Assembly: GCA_951406725.2 (NCBI GenBank)
Contig: OX597827.1
Location: forward strand, 51,770,001 to 51,834,000
Origin: Octopus vulgaris
Taxonomy: Eukaryota
DNA: 64,000 bases
Direction of reading: 5' to 3'
The notes below the pieces were generated by a model. It made no database searches, was not told where the DNA came from, and worked only from the letters and a program-made list of their open reading frames with translations. Made by a program: the position numbers and the translations under genes. This document shows, one piece after another, positions 36,504 to 51,144 of this stretch (positions within the stretch are counted from its first letter, which is position 1; each line of letters opens with the position of its first letter).

Positions 36504-36989
36504 TCTTATACACATATACTCATACACATACATAAACAGACACACATATTTTTACATACACCCACACACATATGCATACACACACAACTATTAGTTTATG
36601 AAATAGAGTTTGTAACCATGGATACAATTCGTATCCATGGCACTTCAGTTAAGGTCATCTACTACTAATACTATTTACACGTGACCAAAATCTTGTGAAA
36701 GTAATTTGGTAGATAAATACTGTGTAGATTTCGGTACTGTCGCTATTTAAAAAGTATCTAATTAAGCCCAACATATCAAGAATCAGAAGAAGTACTAAAA
36801 TAAATTTAAACATTACATTGCCTCATAGTAAATTTTTTCTTAATGTAAACATTCTTTCTATGTTGTTGGTGTGCAGATAAATAATTCGGAAGTTTTCTGA
36901 CAGATTGTTTCATGATTTACTGATCTTTCAACTGAGAAGATGCACCCAGTTTCCTTCTCCAACCAATACTATATGACTACTGTAATATA

Positions 36990-38283
36990 CCAGGTTGAAT
37001 CAAAAGTTCTTTCATTGACCATTTTTGGCAACCTACATCTCCATGTTATATCATAAATTTGATACAAATTGTTTATTCTTTACTAGCACTATGACCTGGC
37101 AACGAGCCCTCTAACTGAAAAATTGTGGATTTGTATAAAGGACACACACACAGACATTTTGCCGTTTATATATAGAGAGATTTTCATATGTAACATACAA
37201 ACATTAATTGTTTATTCTTTATTTTACAGTTTTAATAACGAGAAGTGAAAAAGTGCGATTAAAACCATTTTACGCTACTCGCGGAAAAAATAGGACTGAG
37301 TGCAAGGGCAGCAGTAAATGAAATAAATAAATACGTTCGTTGACAGCTCCTTGGCTGTCAACGAACGTATGGCACAAAACTGGTTCAGACGTTTAAAGGA
37401 AGATGACACCAGTCACGAAGACAAACCAAGGTCGGAAAGACCTTCTGTTGTAGAAGAGGAGGCCTTGTTTGAAATGGTTGAATAACAACTATGCACAAGT
37501 ACACATTCAACGTTGGTACTTCACAAAGCACCATCAATCGACATCGCCATAAGTTCGGCCTCGTGAAAAGACGCCGTCGAGAAGCTCCTCATGAACTGAC
37601 CAATGACCAAGCTCAACTATATGTGAACATTTGCAAGCAACTACTGATAAATCCTCGAGATTTCGTGTCGATTGTGATCGTGGAAGAAAAATGAATCTAT
37701 TTTCATAATCTTGATGCGAGAAATGAGTGGCTTTGTTCCAGACAGGCTTCAGAACCAAATGTCAGACAAGAGCAGTTTGAACAGGTCGTGTGTGTTTGGT
37801 AGAATTTCGGGGAGGTTTTGCACTTTGAGCTTTTCTCAGATGGTCATGCTGTGAATGCTAACTTTTATGCTCAACAACTGCAGTGAGTATATGATGCTTT
37901 GAAAACCCACTACCCAGTATTGGTCAGTCAAGGAAGCGCACTCTTACAGCGTGACAATGCACCAGTACACACTGCCAATGTGACCAAGCACAAACTTAAG
38001 GAACTTGAGGGGTTGTAAGTGCTGCCTCACAGTCCAGACCTTGCACCAACAGATTACCATGTTTTCTGAGCCATGGCTCATTTGCAACATGGACGCGGGG
38101 TTCAACAATGTGGCTGAGGTTGAAAACGGGGGCAGGAAATGGTATTAGCGTGGGATTGAACATCTGGTACAATGATGACAACAGACAATAGAATATGATG
38201 GGATATATTTTGATGAAATTTAGTTCAACAATTAATTAAAGCTTGAAATACAAAAAGAAAAAAAAACTTTTGTCTCAACCTGC
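36990..38283 (+). mobile_element. Mariner transposon, defective
   Basis: TIRs caggttgaatcaaaagtt / aacttttgtctcaacctg with TA flanks. Remnants QNWFRRFKEDDTSHEDKPRSERPS, APHELT, LQRDNAPVHTA and SPDLAPTDYH. Confidence 0.88.
37083..37180 (-). mobile_element. 98-bp mini-Helitron nested in the mariner
   Basis: Minus strand A|TCTCTCTATATATAAACGGCAAAATGTCTG...GTGCTAG|T: 5'-TC, 3'-CTAG, inserted between A and T. Confidence 0.75.
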
Positions 38284-38769
38284 TATAGTAGACATGAATA
38301 ATGTTAAAGCCATAGTGGACTGACTGCTTTATATAGCACCTAACACACGCTATTGACTGGATTAGGAAGCCACATACTTCTTAATTGATGAGTGGTCAAC
38401 AAACCATGAAATAGTCCATCAGGAGAACCCATTCCCTTCTTTTTGCTGCACATCACTATCATAGAAAGAATCTGTTTACGTTCTTACTTAATCGACAGTT
38501 AGGTTTTGTAATGTTTGAATTTATTTCAGGTTTTCTGATTTACACTGCATTGACATAAATGATTGGCGTTTAATTAATGATGAGCCATCAAAAGTACAAA
38601 TATGCAAATTAAACTGCGCACCATAGCACTTGTCTAATTCTTGACTGCTTTATATGCAACTAATTGAAGAAAGAATCCATGATACACCTTTGTGGAGTGG
38701 TCAACAAAACACGAAACAGTCTGTTAGGAGACTCCTTTTCCTCTACAATCAATAGCCAACAAAGAAGGT

Positions 38770-40700
38770 ACTTACATTCTAACTACCTCCACAGTGAGGC
38801 TTTTGTCTTTGTCAGACTGATTGGTCAAGCTGAAGTTTCGACAGGTTCTTGTAAGTTTGTCAATAAGGAGTCGAAGGTACTCCTCCAAGTATGTTGCCAG
38901 TGCTGCGTCATCTGCAAAGAACATCTTTCTGATGAATACCCCGCATACTTTGATTATGGTCCTCAATTGTTGGATAGCTTCCCATTTGACTGGACAGCTT
39001 CCCATTTGATTTTGCATGAGGATAAATACCATTAGTTGATGTTCCAAAGGCGAGCTTCAGTACGATGATGGAGAAGCTGCCGAATAGACGTAGGGGGCAG
39101 TCGCACAGACCTGAAGGATTCCGGGGAAAAGCCATCAAAATGAATCATGTCATTCGTGCCTTTTTGGAATGAAGGAACAACAGACTGAGTAAGCTCGGAA
39201 CATATCCAATCTTTATAAGGACTTTGAACAGGCCGTGTAAACTAACATTGCCTTTGTGAGTGAGACGAATGAAAATAATGTACAGTGGTTGATTTTGTTC
39301 TCTGCATTTTTCTTGCAGTTGAAGACGATCATGTCAATTGTAAAATGTTCCGATCTTAGGCTACATTGAGGCCAGATTATATTCTATCAGCGATTTTCTG
39401 CAGTCTGTTGAAGATCGCGAGCGAAGACAATGCAGTTGCTTGCAGTCATTTCTTGTTCTTGTTTGCAGTCGTTTTTTGTTCTTGTACAAGGTGACTATAT
39501 TGCAGTCTTTTGTATCCTGTGGCACTGTTCCTTCTTCCCAGTACTGGTATTTTGCGTAGGTGGCGTTGTAAGATGGCATTTGCACACTTCGTAGCATCTG
39601 GCATTCTGCCAACCAATCTGACTAGTGATAAGGCTGTCAATTGTTTGTTTTATTCAGCTATTCAGCAGTTGACAATTTATCTAGTTCTTATATTACAAAC
39701 AGGTATTCTCCGGCGCCTAGCGCACTGTTCGATTCGGAGTAAATGGAATAGACTTCAAAGTAATGCTGAATCCACTTCTCCATCCCTTAGAGTTTTAAGT
39801 AGTTTTATCCTCTTCATGGTTGAGGTGATTATTTTTTTTTATACCCTGATACACTCCATGGATTTAGCCTTTGCAAAGCTGTTGGTAATTGTGATTTGAA
39901 GTGTCTGGTCGTTTTCTGGACTTTACTATTTGCTGTTCTTAGTGCTTGCAGGGTTGCCTGGGTAGAGTAACTATTCTGTTCAAGCAGGATTGCAGTCTTT
40001 GCCTCGATGAGAGCTGTGAGCATACTTGAGCTTGCTTCAAACCAGTTATGCGTTTTGTCCTGCTTCCTCCTAAAGGCCTTCAGAATATTACTGTGGATGG
40101 TATTTCTAGGAGAGTCTCATAGTACTTATGAATGTCTTGGTAGGTCCGCAGCAAAGCATCTTCTAGTGACCTGATGAACTTTACCACTTTGTTATACTGG
40201 TATCAATGCGTTGCTTACTAGAAGGTTTCATACCGTGCGTCTTCTTTGACTGAAGTTAGCAAACCAGAGAATGACCTGTGTCGTAATCGGTGTTCTGAAA
40301 GGATCGACTTATAAATACATGTCTTAGATATCTTATAACAGATCTAGTTGATGCTGGTGCTTTGGAACGAAGTGTCACAAAAACACTTTATGCAAGGATT
40401 TATTCTGGAAGATAGGGTTTGTGACACACCACAGAGTCCATGGAGTGTGCAATGCTCAATCAATTCTTGTCCATCGTCATTTATGCTGCCAATTGTTGCA
40501 ACTCTAGGTAGCTCGGTCAGGAATCGTGATCAGCCCTCAATCTGGTGTTGGAGTCGCCAAGCAGTAGAAGCTCTTGTTGGTTGCGGATCCTGAGCTAGTT
40601 ATAGAAATCGTCGTTTGATTTTTGCGCATAGGATAGAGGCATAGACATTGATGAGGTTAGCAGGTCCGTCGGCTGTGGGAAGCAAAAGTGATGAAATCCA
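38770..40700 (-). mobile_element. Degraded RTE LINE (endonuclease through RT)
   Basis: WEEGTVPQDTKDCNIVTLYKNK and IRKMFFADDAALAT; many stops and frameshifts. Confidence 0.8.
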
Positions 40701-40949
40701 CTTCGTCCCTTTCTAATTAGAGTTCACAATCTTCAGCAGTTTTATAGCCTCTCTAACGAAGAGGTACTAATTCTACGAGATGTATCTTTGGAGAGTTTAG
40801 ATGTCTACTCTTATTAATTATTGGTGTGCTTTATGTGCCAGACCACAGAAGAATCTTCAGAAGGTTATCTAATAGTTCAGGGGTCATGGTTTGTAGATCC
40901 TAGCAGCCTAGCCTCTCTGTTGGCTTTTTCTTTTGTCTTCTTGTTATAC

Positions 40950-40991
<42 letters not shown>

Positions 40992-40993
<2 letters not shown>

Positions 40994-41860
40994 CAAATTG
41001 AGGGAATGAAACAGGTAATATGTAAGCTACATATGTTTCTTAACAAGATGAAGCTCAGGATGCAATTGTTATCAATGGGCTATGCTCAACGTAGCTAAAC
41101 ACCAGGCTAAGATTACCTTAATGAAAATTACATTTAGTCCATTATAGAATGGATTAAGCGGAGCAGGAGCACACACGAGGACCTTAAACCCTTTCGCTCC
41201 AACAACGTGAAAAACAAAAACCAAAAAAAAAACAACCGCCAATATCACACAAATACTTGCCACCACATATGAAATTAATTCAACAAACATTATTAAGAGA
41301 AAACATTGCCGCACGGAATTCCTAAGTCAGTCACAATGAAATGGTGAATTCAACTGAATAGAAAAGTCAATAGCAAAACTATATAGAAAAAAATATTTAC
41401 TCATAAATTCGAACGACATGATACCAGCAGTCTGCCAAAATCTATGGTCAATATTTTTCGAAAAGGTTTTTATTACCCCAATACATACCCTACCATTCTC
41501 CATAATAATATCAGTCTTTTTTTTTTCTTTCCTTCTCTTTCTCCTTTTCTTGCTACTCTTTGACTCTTAACCACATCCACTCCCTGCTAAAATACTCATT
41601 GGTTATCAAAACTTATTTTCTTTAAATATTTTTTTTTTCATTTTTATATTTTTTGCTATTGACTTTTCTATTCAACTTTTCTATTCATTGTGTTGTGGCT
41701 GACTTAGAACTTCTATGTAGCAACGTAAACTTCATTAAGGTAATCTCAGCCTAATGATTAGCTATGTTGGGTGGAGTTCATTGTGCAACACTTGCATAAT
41801 GAACTTCAGCTGAAGCAAATGTAGCTAAACATTTTAACTGTTCCTCTATCCTCAGTTTGG
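40992..41860. repeat. Diverged inverted repeat pair, probably PLE pseudo-LTR remnants
   Basis: ~41000-41135 and ~41318-41380 pair with ~41722-41860 and ~41650-41712, for example ggctaagattaccttaatgaa / ttcattaaggtaatctcagcc. Confidence 0.6.
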
Positions 41861-42079
41861 AATTTTATTCGCATTTTTATCAGCATTGGTTGCTAACAGT
41901 GAGCTGCATAGAAACTATCAGCTTATCGAATTTCTTTGCAACATCGATATGGGAAAGAGTGTGTAACTTTCGATGCCAATAAATTGCAATCGTATCTTAT
42001 TGTATATTGTTGACTTTTTGTTCTCGTCTACAGCTTGAAGCGTACAAACTTCCCACACTCAGATCCCTGGATCGTGTTT

Positions 42080-42137
<58 letters not shown>

Positions 42138-42221
42138 GGCGTTTCCCCCCATCAAAAAATATATATGTGTGTGTGTGTGTGTGTGAATATATATATACAT
42201 ACACTCACATACACTCACATG

Positions 42222-42255
<34 letters not shown>

Positions 42256-42599
42256 AACATATATTAATACATACATACATACGTACGTATATACATACAT
42301 ACATACATACATACATACATACATACATACATACATACATACATACATACATACATACATACATACATACATGCATACATACATATGTATGATGGATTCT
42401 CTCGTCGCGAACGACAAATGAGGATTTAGTAAAATCAAGCAGTAATCAGCCCTATGGACACGAATGTGTCTCTTGAAACCTGATGGTGCCTTGCAAACTT
42501 TTTGGCAAAGGGAACAAGTTGAGGAATCAGTTTACTCGAATACTATGTATTCGCTGGAGTGGACGACAAGGCCTGCTTTGCTTCGTGCCACGAAGCCAC

Positions 42600-43800
42600 A
42601 ATAACAGGTATGGTTTCTATTTAGAGGAGCAGAGTTTTGCCAGCATGTCTTCATGCTTGCACGAAGTTGGTCCTGATGTTGGAGTCGACTTTGCTCGAAT
42701 CTTTGAACTCAAATCTTTTAGGAGAAGCACGACTGGCACCAGGTCCTGCGTTCTGATGTTTTGTTTTCTCACGAAGAAAAGAGAATGTTCAAATTGTCTT
42801 TTAGCTTGTCTTTGAAGCGTAAGAGAGACCTTGCAACTGACATTCCTGTTGGCAATTGGCCAAAGAGAAGTTGATTTGGAATTCTGATATCACTCATACG
42901 TGAGAGATGACCTGACCATCTAAGCTGTATTTTGATGAGGATGGCCTTAATACTTGATATGTTGCATTTTGTTATCACCGTACTGTTACGAATGTGGTCA
43001 CTCGGTTTTATGTTGGATATAGTACGCAAGCATTGCATATGAAAAGCATCAAGCTGGTTGATATGTTTTCGGTACAGAGTCCAAGATTTAGCACCATATA
43101 GCAATGATGTCAAAACCAGTGACTTATATACATCGACTTTCACCTCAAACGATACGTCGTGGCTGTAAAGCTTACCGAAAGTGAAACAAGCCTTCTCGAT
43201 TATGGACTCAATTTCTTTACCCATCTTAGCATCATTAGACACAATGTAACCAAAGATGAGAGAGGGAGGAAACAGTAGAGGCAACATATATAGCAGAGGC
43301 AACAGTGGGAGGATGGTTATGGATAGCTTAGTTTTCTTGATGCTGATGGTCAGACCAAAAGCCTTCAATGCATGCGAGTTGTTTAGAATCCATTGCATGT
43401 CCTCAAGTATATATGCTACAAGTGCACAGTTGTCTGTGAAGAGTAAATCTGGAACTGTTTGTACCAAAGTCTTAGTTTTTGATTTGAAGCGCTGTTGGTT
43501 GAACATGCTACCATCGGTTTTGTGTTCAAACTTTTCTCCTTCTTTAACACTCTCGGACGCTGTTTCCAACATGGCGGAGAAATACAAAGCAAATAAGAGC
43601 TGTGCAAGAACACAGTCTTGTTTTGTCCCATTTGAGACTGTGAGTGAATTGGACACTTCCCTGCTAGATCTAACAGAAGCCATCATGCCCTGATGGAAAG
43701 AAATGATGACATTTCGGAAACACCTAGCTTTCTAAAGACAATCCAAAGACCATCCCTTGAAACGGTGTCGAAAGCTTTAGTTAGATCTATAAAAGTTCAG
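42600..43800 (-). mobile_element. RTE (BovB-like) LINE RT and 3' region
   Basis: ORF 42769-43686 has NGTKQDCVLAQLLF, DLLFTDNCAL, FGLTISIKKT, LLYGAKSWTLYRKH and LRWSGHLSRMSDIRIPNQLLFGQL; upstream FIDLTKAFDTV. Confidence 0.9.
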
Positions 43801-44819
43801 AAAGGTTAATCTTGCTATCTTAACGCCTTCCTGAACTTCCCTTCAGTTTCGCTCGCTCATTTCAAACGTAGTCGTTAGGAGGGACTGGGCTTATAAAGAT
43901 TTTGTTACGGCCAAATTCATCCTCTCGTACAGGTTCAACTAGAGTACTACGAAGAAAATTATTTATTTTTCCTGCTGAGAGGTTTATTGGTGAAATTAAA
44001 AGGGTTAGAAGTAAAAATTGCATGCTTTTTGTCCTTTCTCTTCGTCCTTGCGCCCTTCTACTTTAAGAAGGGTGATTAGCTTCTTTCTTAGGTATCAGGA
44101 TGTCTCCCAACATTACTAGTAATTGGTGTTCTTCACTGGTTCTATTGTACTGCTTCTCGAAACTCCTCGGCTCCTGCCGAAGTTGCAGTATTTTGGTGGC
44201 CATGTGGTTTTTATTGTACGGTCTTTTATTTTTTTATCTCCGTGAGGCAGAATCTGGTAGACGCATCGCTAAGAATGATTGTCGGTGTTACCCTTCGGTC
44301 TTGTCTGTAGGATCGATCCCACACACATCTTCAAACTGTTCACCGAAGACCGTTTCATCTGCTGAACTATTCTGCATAAGGGAAAAGGCACACGGAGTGA
44401 CTCAACATTGTGGTGTGAGTTCAGGCGGGGCTTCTTCTGCGTCCTAACGGATATGATCCTGTGCGTTGCACCTGTTTCTTGCTGTCCAGTCGCATCATTC
44501 TGGCCTGATGGACTTTTAAGCTGTGCAGATTCTTGCACTCTTCATCTCAGATGCATAATGTGCTCATCTTCAATTAAATTTGAACATTACAGCGAGAAAA
44601 CTGTTTCCTCGGTTTAGCTCATTATGATCAGGATTTCGAAATTTGATGATACTGTAATAAGATGAAGGAAGCAGTTAACCAAGTAAGATTGAAATCTAAA
44701 TTACTAAAAATATGTATACCTCTGCATTGAAATGGAGGAGTGGTCTTCTTAATCGAAAATATCAGATACATACATGTATGTGAGTGTATATACAGGCACA
44801 CATGTGCATTAATAATATA

Positions 44820-45190
<371 letters not shown>

Positions 45191-45541
45191 TAAAAGCATA
45201 CACATTAGATATCATATAGAATGAAACAATAAGAAATCATGTTGCTCTCGTGAACCACATTTTTTCGCAGTCTTCTGTACCATTGTTAACTGAAGTCACC
45301 ATTATGCTCCGCGTTAAACTGATTGCGAAACTTGAAGACTGCCTCTCTGTAGCAATTGACTAACTGGGCAATATGTAAAGCACTGAGTCTACTGCCAGGA
45401 CCAAAGAAGAGAAAGCTATCTAGTGATATATATTTAGCTGAACTTGGAACGACTACCACCAAACTTCAACATTAAGAGTCATTAAGAGTCAATCCTCCAG
45501 CAAATGTCCTGCTCGCACCCGCTACATTTTGGGCCATGTAC

Positions 45542-45882
45542 TGTAGCATGGCTCAGTGGTTAGAGCGTCGAGCTTACGATCGTGAGGTTGTGAGCTCGAA
45601 TCCCGGACCGGGCTGCGTGTTGTGTTCTTGAGCAAGGCACTTTATTTCACGTTGCTCCAGTTCACTCAGCTGTAGAAATGAGTTGCGACGTCACTGGTGC
45701 CAAGCTGTATCAGCCTTTGCTTTTCCCTTGGATAACACTGGTGGTGTGGAGAGGAGAGGCCAGTATGCATGGGTGACTGCCGGTCTTCCATAAACAACCT
45801 TGCCCGGACTGGTGTCTAGGAGGGTAACTTTCTAGGTGCAATCCCATGGTCATTCATGACCGAAGGGGGTCTTTACCCTTTA
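45542..45882 (+). mobile_element. tRNA-derived SINE of a third family
   Basis: A-box tggctcagtggttagagcg, B-box-like gagctcgaatccc, CORE-like ttgagcaaggcacttt, tail ctttacccttta. Confidence 0.8.
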
Positions 45883-46161
45883 CTGTAATAGTTTAGGATA
45901 TCATTTCAATCCACTAGTTTAAAAAAAAAAAGATAAGTGAGAGATCTATATAGGGTGAATGTAAAAAAACTTTCGAACAGCACTTGTACACACTAAGATC
46001 CCAGATAAATTTACGCCATAGCAACAACTATATACGAAGGCAACAGTGTCAAAATCACTTCTTCATCTACAAGCAACAACAGGAGGAGGAAGAGGGTAAT
46101 TGCAAGCGGAACAAAGGCGATGGGAGTGCTCCATTGCTAAATCTTGTAAAAGATGATTAGC

Positions 46162-46210
<49 letters not shown>

Positions 46211-46559
46211 ACATACACACATATACATATATGTGTGTGTGTGTGTGTGTATACTGTATGTTTGTATATGTGTACAACAAACATACATGTATGTACGGAT
46301 GAATGGATGGATGGATATGTGTGGGTGTATGAATTTACAAAGTAGAAAAGTACTCAATACTGAAACAGAGTGTAATTATTATCGCACTGAGATTACTGTG
46401 TTGTAACTCTGATCTTTCGAGTATATGGCATTTCACTTTGAGGGAATTATTAAAATATATATTAATATATATAAACATACAGACACATACGTACGTACAT
46501 GATGTAAAGCATGTATTTATGTACGTGCGTATGTGTGTGCATACATGCATACACAAACT

Positions 46560-46592
<33 letters not shown>

Positions 46593-46655
46593 GCATTCAC
46601 ATATATGTATATGTATATATATATATACACACACATATGTATATGTACATGTGTA

Positions 46656-46709
<54 letters not shown>

Positions 46710-46942
46710 CATGTATATGTACATATGTATGCATATATATATATACTCTATTACTCTTTTATATATATTTATATATATACACATACATATTTGTGTGTAT
46801 GTATATATATACATATATACACACATACATACTTGTGTGTATGTATGTATGTATGTATGTATGTAGGGAGAGATGGGAACTGCTAAAAAAGAAACAAAGG
46901 AAGAAGAGATAGAAATAGAAAATAGAGTAATGGAGAAGGAAG

Positions 46943-47322
<380 letters not shown>

Positions 47323-47564
47323 GAAAAGTGACGTGCAGAGAGAATAAAATTGTGATAAAGACAGTAATAAATAAATTCAAATAAAAATAAATAAAAGAAG
47401 TTGACAAGAAGCTGATTGCAATAATGGGATAGTGTTGGTGGTGGTAGGGGTGGTATAGTTTAAGATGATTGATGAAGAAAGAGAGAGAGAGAGAGAGAGA
47501 CGGAGACAAAGAAAGTATATGCGAGAGATAGCATTTGAGGAAGTGTATGTGTGTGTGTGTGTGT

Positions 47565-47608
<44 letters not shown>

Positions 47609-47776
47609 TGGGAAGAAAGATGGCAAGGATAGGGAAGTCAAGGAGATTGGTTATTGATTAGTGGTTTGGCATTGGTGGGTGTTCGTGATGGAATTAAGGA
47701 TGATGGAGGTGGCGGTCGTGGTGGTGGTGATGGTGATAACGGTTGCAGTAATGGTAACAACGATGCTGCGATGGTA

Positions 47777-47994
47777 ATGATGACGACGACGACGACGACG
47801 ACGACGATGATGATGATGATGATGATGATGGTGATGATGATGGTGATCATGATGATGATCATGATGATGATCATGATGATGATCATGATGATGACGATGA
47901 CGACGACGACGATGACGATGATGATGATGATGTTGATGTTGATGATGATGATGGTGATGATGATGATGATGATGACGACGACGATGACGATGAC

Positions 47995-48029
<35 letters not shown>

Positions 48030-48165
48030 CGACGATGATGATGATGATGCTGCTGCTGCTGCTGATGATGATGACGATGACGACGACGACGACGATGACG
48101 ATGACGATGACGATGATGATGATGATAATGATGTTGATGATGATGATGATGATGACGATGATGAC

Positions 48166-48197
<32 letters not shown>

Positions 48198-48204
48198 CGA
48201 CGAC

Positions 48205-48242
<38 letters not shown>

Positions 48243-48290
48243 CGATGATGACGATGATGACGATGATGACGATGACGATGATGATGATAG
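47777..48290. repeat. Long (GAT/GAC)n trinucleotide array
   Basis: About 510 bp; explains the poly-M, poly-I and poly-S ORFs. Confidence 0.95.
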
Positions 48291-48801
48291 TGAAGACAGA
48301 GAGGTAGTCGATGGTGTTGGTTGTTCGAGTATTGTTATGCTGCTGGAAAAAGGTGTAGTGTTTAGGTGGGAGGGAGTGAGGGTTAGTGGGAGATGGTGAT
48401 GGTGATGGCGACGGTGGAGGTTTAACGACGCATGAGTGTTGGGGGCAGGCGGCTGTAGGGGAGGAAGAATCCGAGAAGCCAACTAGAAGCATCAGTTGTT
48501 GCTGTAACTCACTGATGGAGGAGACTTCGAACCGCAGTTTGGTTATTTTGTATATCAACAACAGAGCTGCCTTTATGGAGTCGGACGGGTAAGAGTGCGT
48601 TTCATTACGCTTATAACTTGACATATTTGGTAGTCTCAGGCTCTCTCTGTGTGTCACTGTGTCTATCTATCTTATCTATCTCTTGTTATCGTCTTATCTC
48701 TTGGACTATCATCCATCCCTCCTTCGTTCTTCGTTCTTCGTTTCTCTTTTCATTCTCAATACGTGTGTATGTATGTATGTGTGTGTGTGTATGTATGTCT
48801 C

Positions 48802-48925
<124 letters not shown>

Positions 48926-49016
48926 CGAAGAAATGAGGTAATCAGAAATTCGGATGGTTTATATTTGAAGAAATGATTCTTCGAATATAAAATACCTGTA
49001 CATCATCTCCAAACCT

Positions 49017-49069
<53 letters not shown>

Positions 49070-49071
<2 letters not shown>

Positions 49072-49199
49072 GGAGTAAACACATAAATGTGAAACAAGGT
49101 GGAAAAAAAGAGTACTCAAATACCAGTGGTAGAGTAATATGCTTTATTTAAAGCAGCAGAAAATTCAAATTTGTTGAATTTTCTGCTGCTTTAAATAAA

Positions 49200-49200
<1 letters not shown>
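49070..49200 (-). mobile_element. Second copy of the 33.9-kb element, lacking the ribozyme core; perfect 27-bp hairpin
   Basis: Arms 49142-49168 and 49174-49200; (TA)n on both sides. Confidence 0.75.
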
Positions 49201-49249
<49 letters not shown>

Positions 49250-49441
49250 TTATCTATATACACATATTTGTATGTGCATTTGCCCATTACACGCATATAT
49301 ATATATAATATACATACATGATTAGACACACATGGGGCTTCGTGTACGTCTGCTCACACAAATGCAGAAATATGCATGCCTATGTGTGGCTGACTATTTC
49401 TTTACTACTCCCTTTGTGTGTATATGTGTATGTTTATGTGT

Positions 49442-49509
<68 letters not shown>

Positions 49510-50175
49510 ATGCATAAATGATAGATTTATTAATTCAACATGCATCAGTCACCCCCAAAGAGAATTATGTTCAATTAACGGAACAACTTGCTGTACGAAT
49601 CTGAAATAACAACCGCTGTGTGTATGCGGATATGTTTCTCGTGCTTTGTATGTGTGCATTTATGTTTATATGTTTATCTATTGAGTAGATATGAATGTAA
49701 GGTTTGTTTTTATTGGTCCAACAGGCACAATTCAGATGAGAGAGAGAGAGGAAGAGAGACAGACAGACAGATAGACAGAGAAAGAAAGAAAGAAAGAGAA
49801 AGAGAGAGAGAGAGAGAGAGAGACAACCGTGTGTGTATATGTGTGTTAGACAGACCATCAAATTTATAAATGCATTTATATTTATTTGAAGACGATGACT
49901 CATTGCACCGCGACCCGGAGTTTCTCACTATGTGTGGCCCCTTAAGGCGACACAAAGGTGAAATAAAGTCGGTTACGTGGATTGAATATGTTCACACATA
50001 CAATACAAATGTATAAAAGTGTTACACACACATAGACACATACGCGCGTGCAGGCGCGCGTGCACACACACACACACACACACACACACCACATGTAAGT
50101 ATGTATGTGTATACACATACATATATATATATATAAAGTATATACATACATATATGTATATACGTTTGCGTATGT

Positions 50176-50271
<96 letters not shown>

Positions 50272-50274
<3 letters not shown>

Positions 50275-50638
50275 CGGTTCGTATAGAATAGATTCGGAAA
50301 TTATCGAGTACGCCAAAGACCGTAATTTCTTCGACTGTGCCTATTTTAAATTTCGTAGATTCCGATTCGGCGAGAAAGAAAAACAAAAAAATAAAAATAA
50401 ATAAATAAAAAAAAATTAAAAAATAAAGAAAATTTAGAAACTGGGGGGATTTTTGCTTTCCCCCCCCCCCATATATTGCCCTTTTTCCATAATTCAACAG
50501 TTTTGATTTTTTTTGTTTAAATTTTTTTCAGATTTATGTGTTAAAAAATTACGCATATTTATTGAAGAATCATCATCTCAAAAAATTCAAAACTGAAAAA
50601 TTATGGGAAAGGTTGAGGTTCAAAAATTCCACCCCTAG

Positions 50639-50677
<39 letters not shown>

Positions 50678-50810
50678 CTTTTTTAATTAATTTATTAATT
50701 GTTTTAGCTCTGCAGAAACATTTTCTATGATACCCAAAACATACACGTCCGAAGAAATTACGGTTTTCGGCGCACTACATAATTTCCGATTTCGTGCCGT
50801 AGGAACGGAG
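50272..50810. mobile_element. Non-autonomous DNA transposon (MITE) with ~60-bp diverged TIRs
   Basis: tcggaaattat...accgtaatttcttcg at ~50294-50333 versus cgaagaaattacggt...ataatttccga at ~50750-50789. Confidence 0.6.
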
Positions 50811-50818
50811 TATGTATG

Positions 50819-50904
<86 letters not shown>

Positions 50905-50913
50905 TTTGTATGT

Positions 50914-50958
<45 letters not shown>

Positions 50959-51071
50959 TAAAATATACATACATACATGCATACATACATACATACATAC
51001 ATACATACATACATACATACATACATGCATACATACATACGTATGTATATGTGTACGTACAAATATGTGTG

Positions 51072-51144
<73 letters not shown>

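Noticed and set aside
42769-43686. 305-aa ORF as a host gene
   Set aside because: RTE LINE reverse transcriptase with a degenerate catalytic motif (FTDN) and flanking frameshifts.
45542-45612. tRNA-like sequence
   Set aside because: It continues into a SINE body and tail and the acceptor stem does not pair well; it is a SINE head, not a tRNA gene.
47638-48657. Long ORFs of poly-Ile, poly-Met and poly-Ser
   Set aside because: Stop-free frames of a (GAT/GAC)n microsatellite; no domain content.
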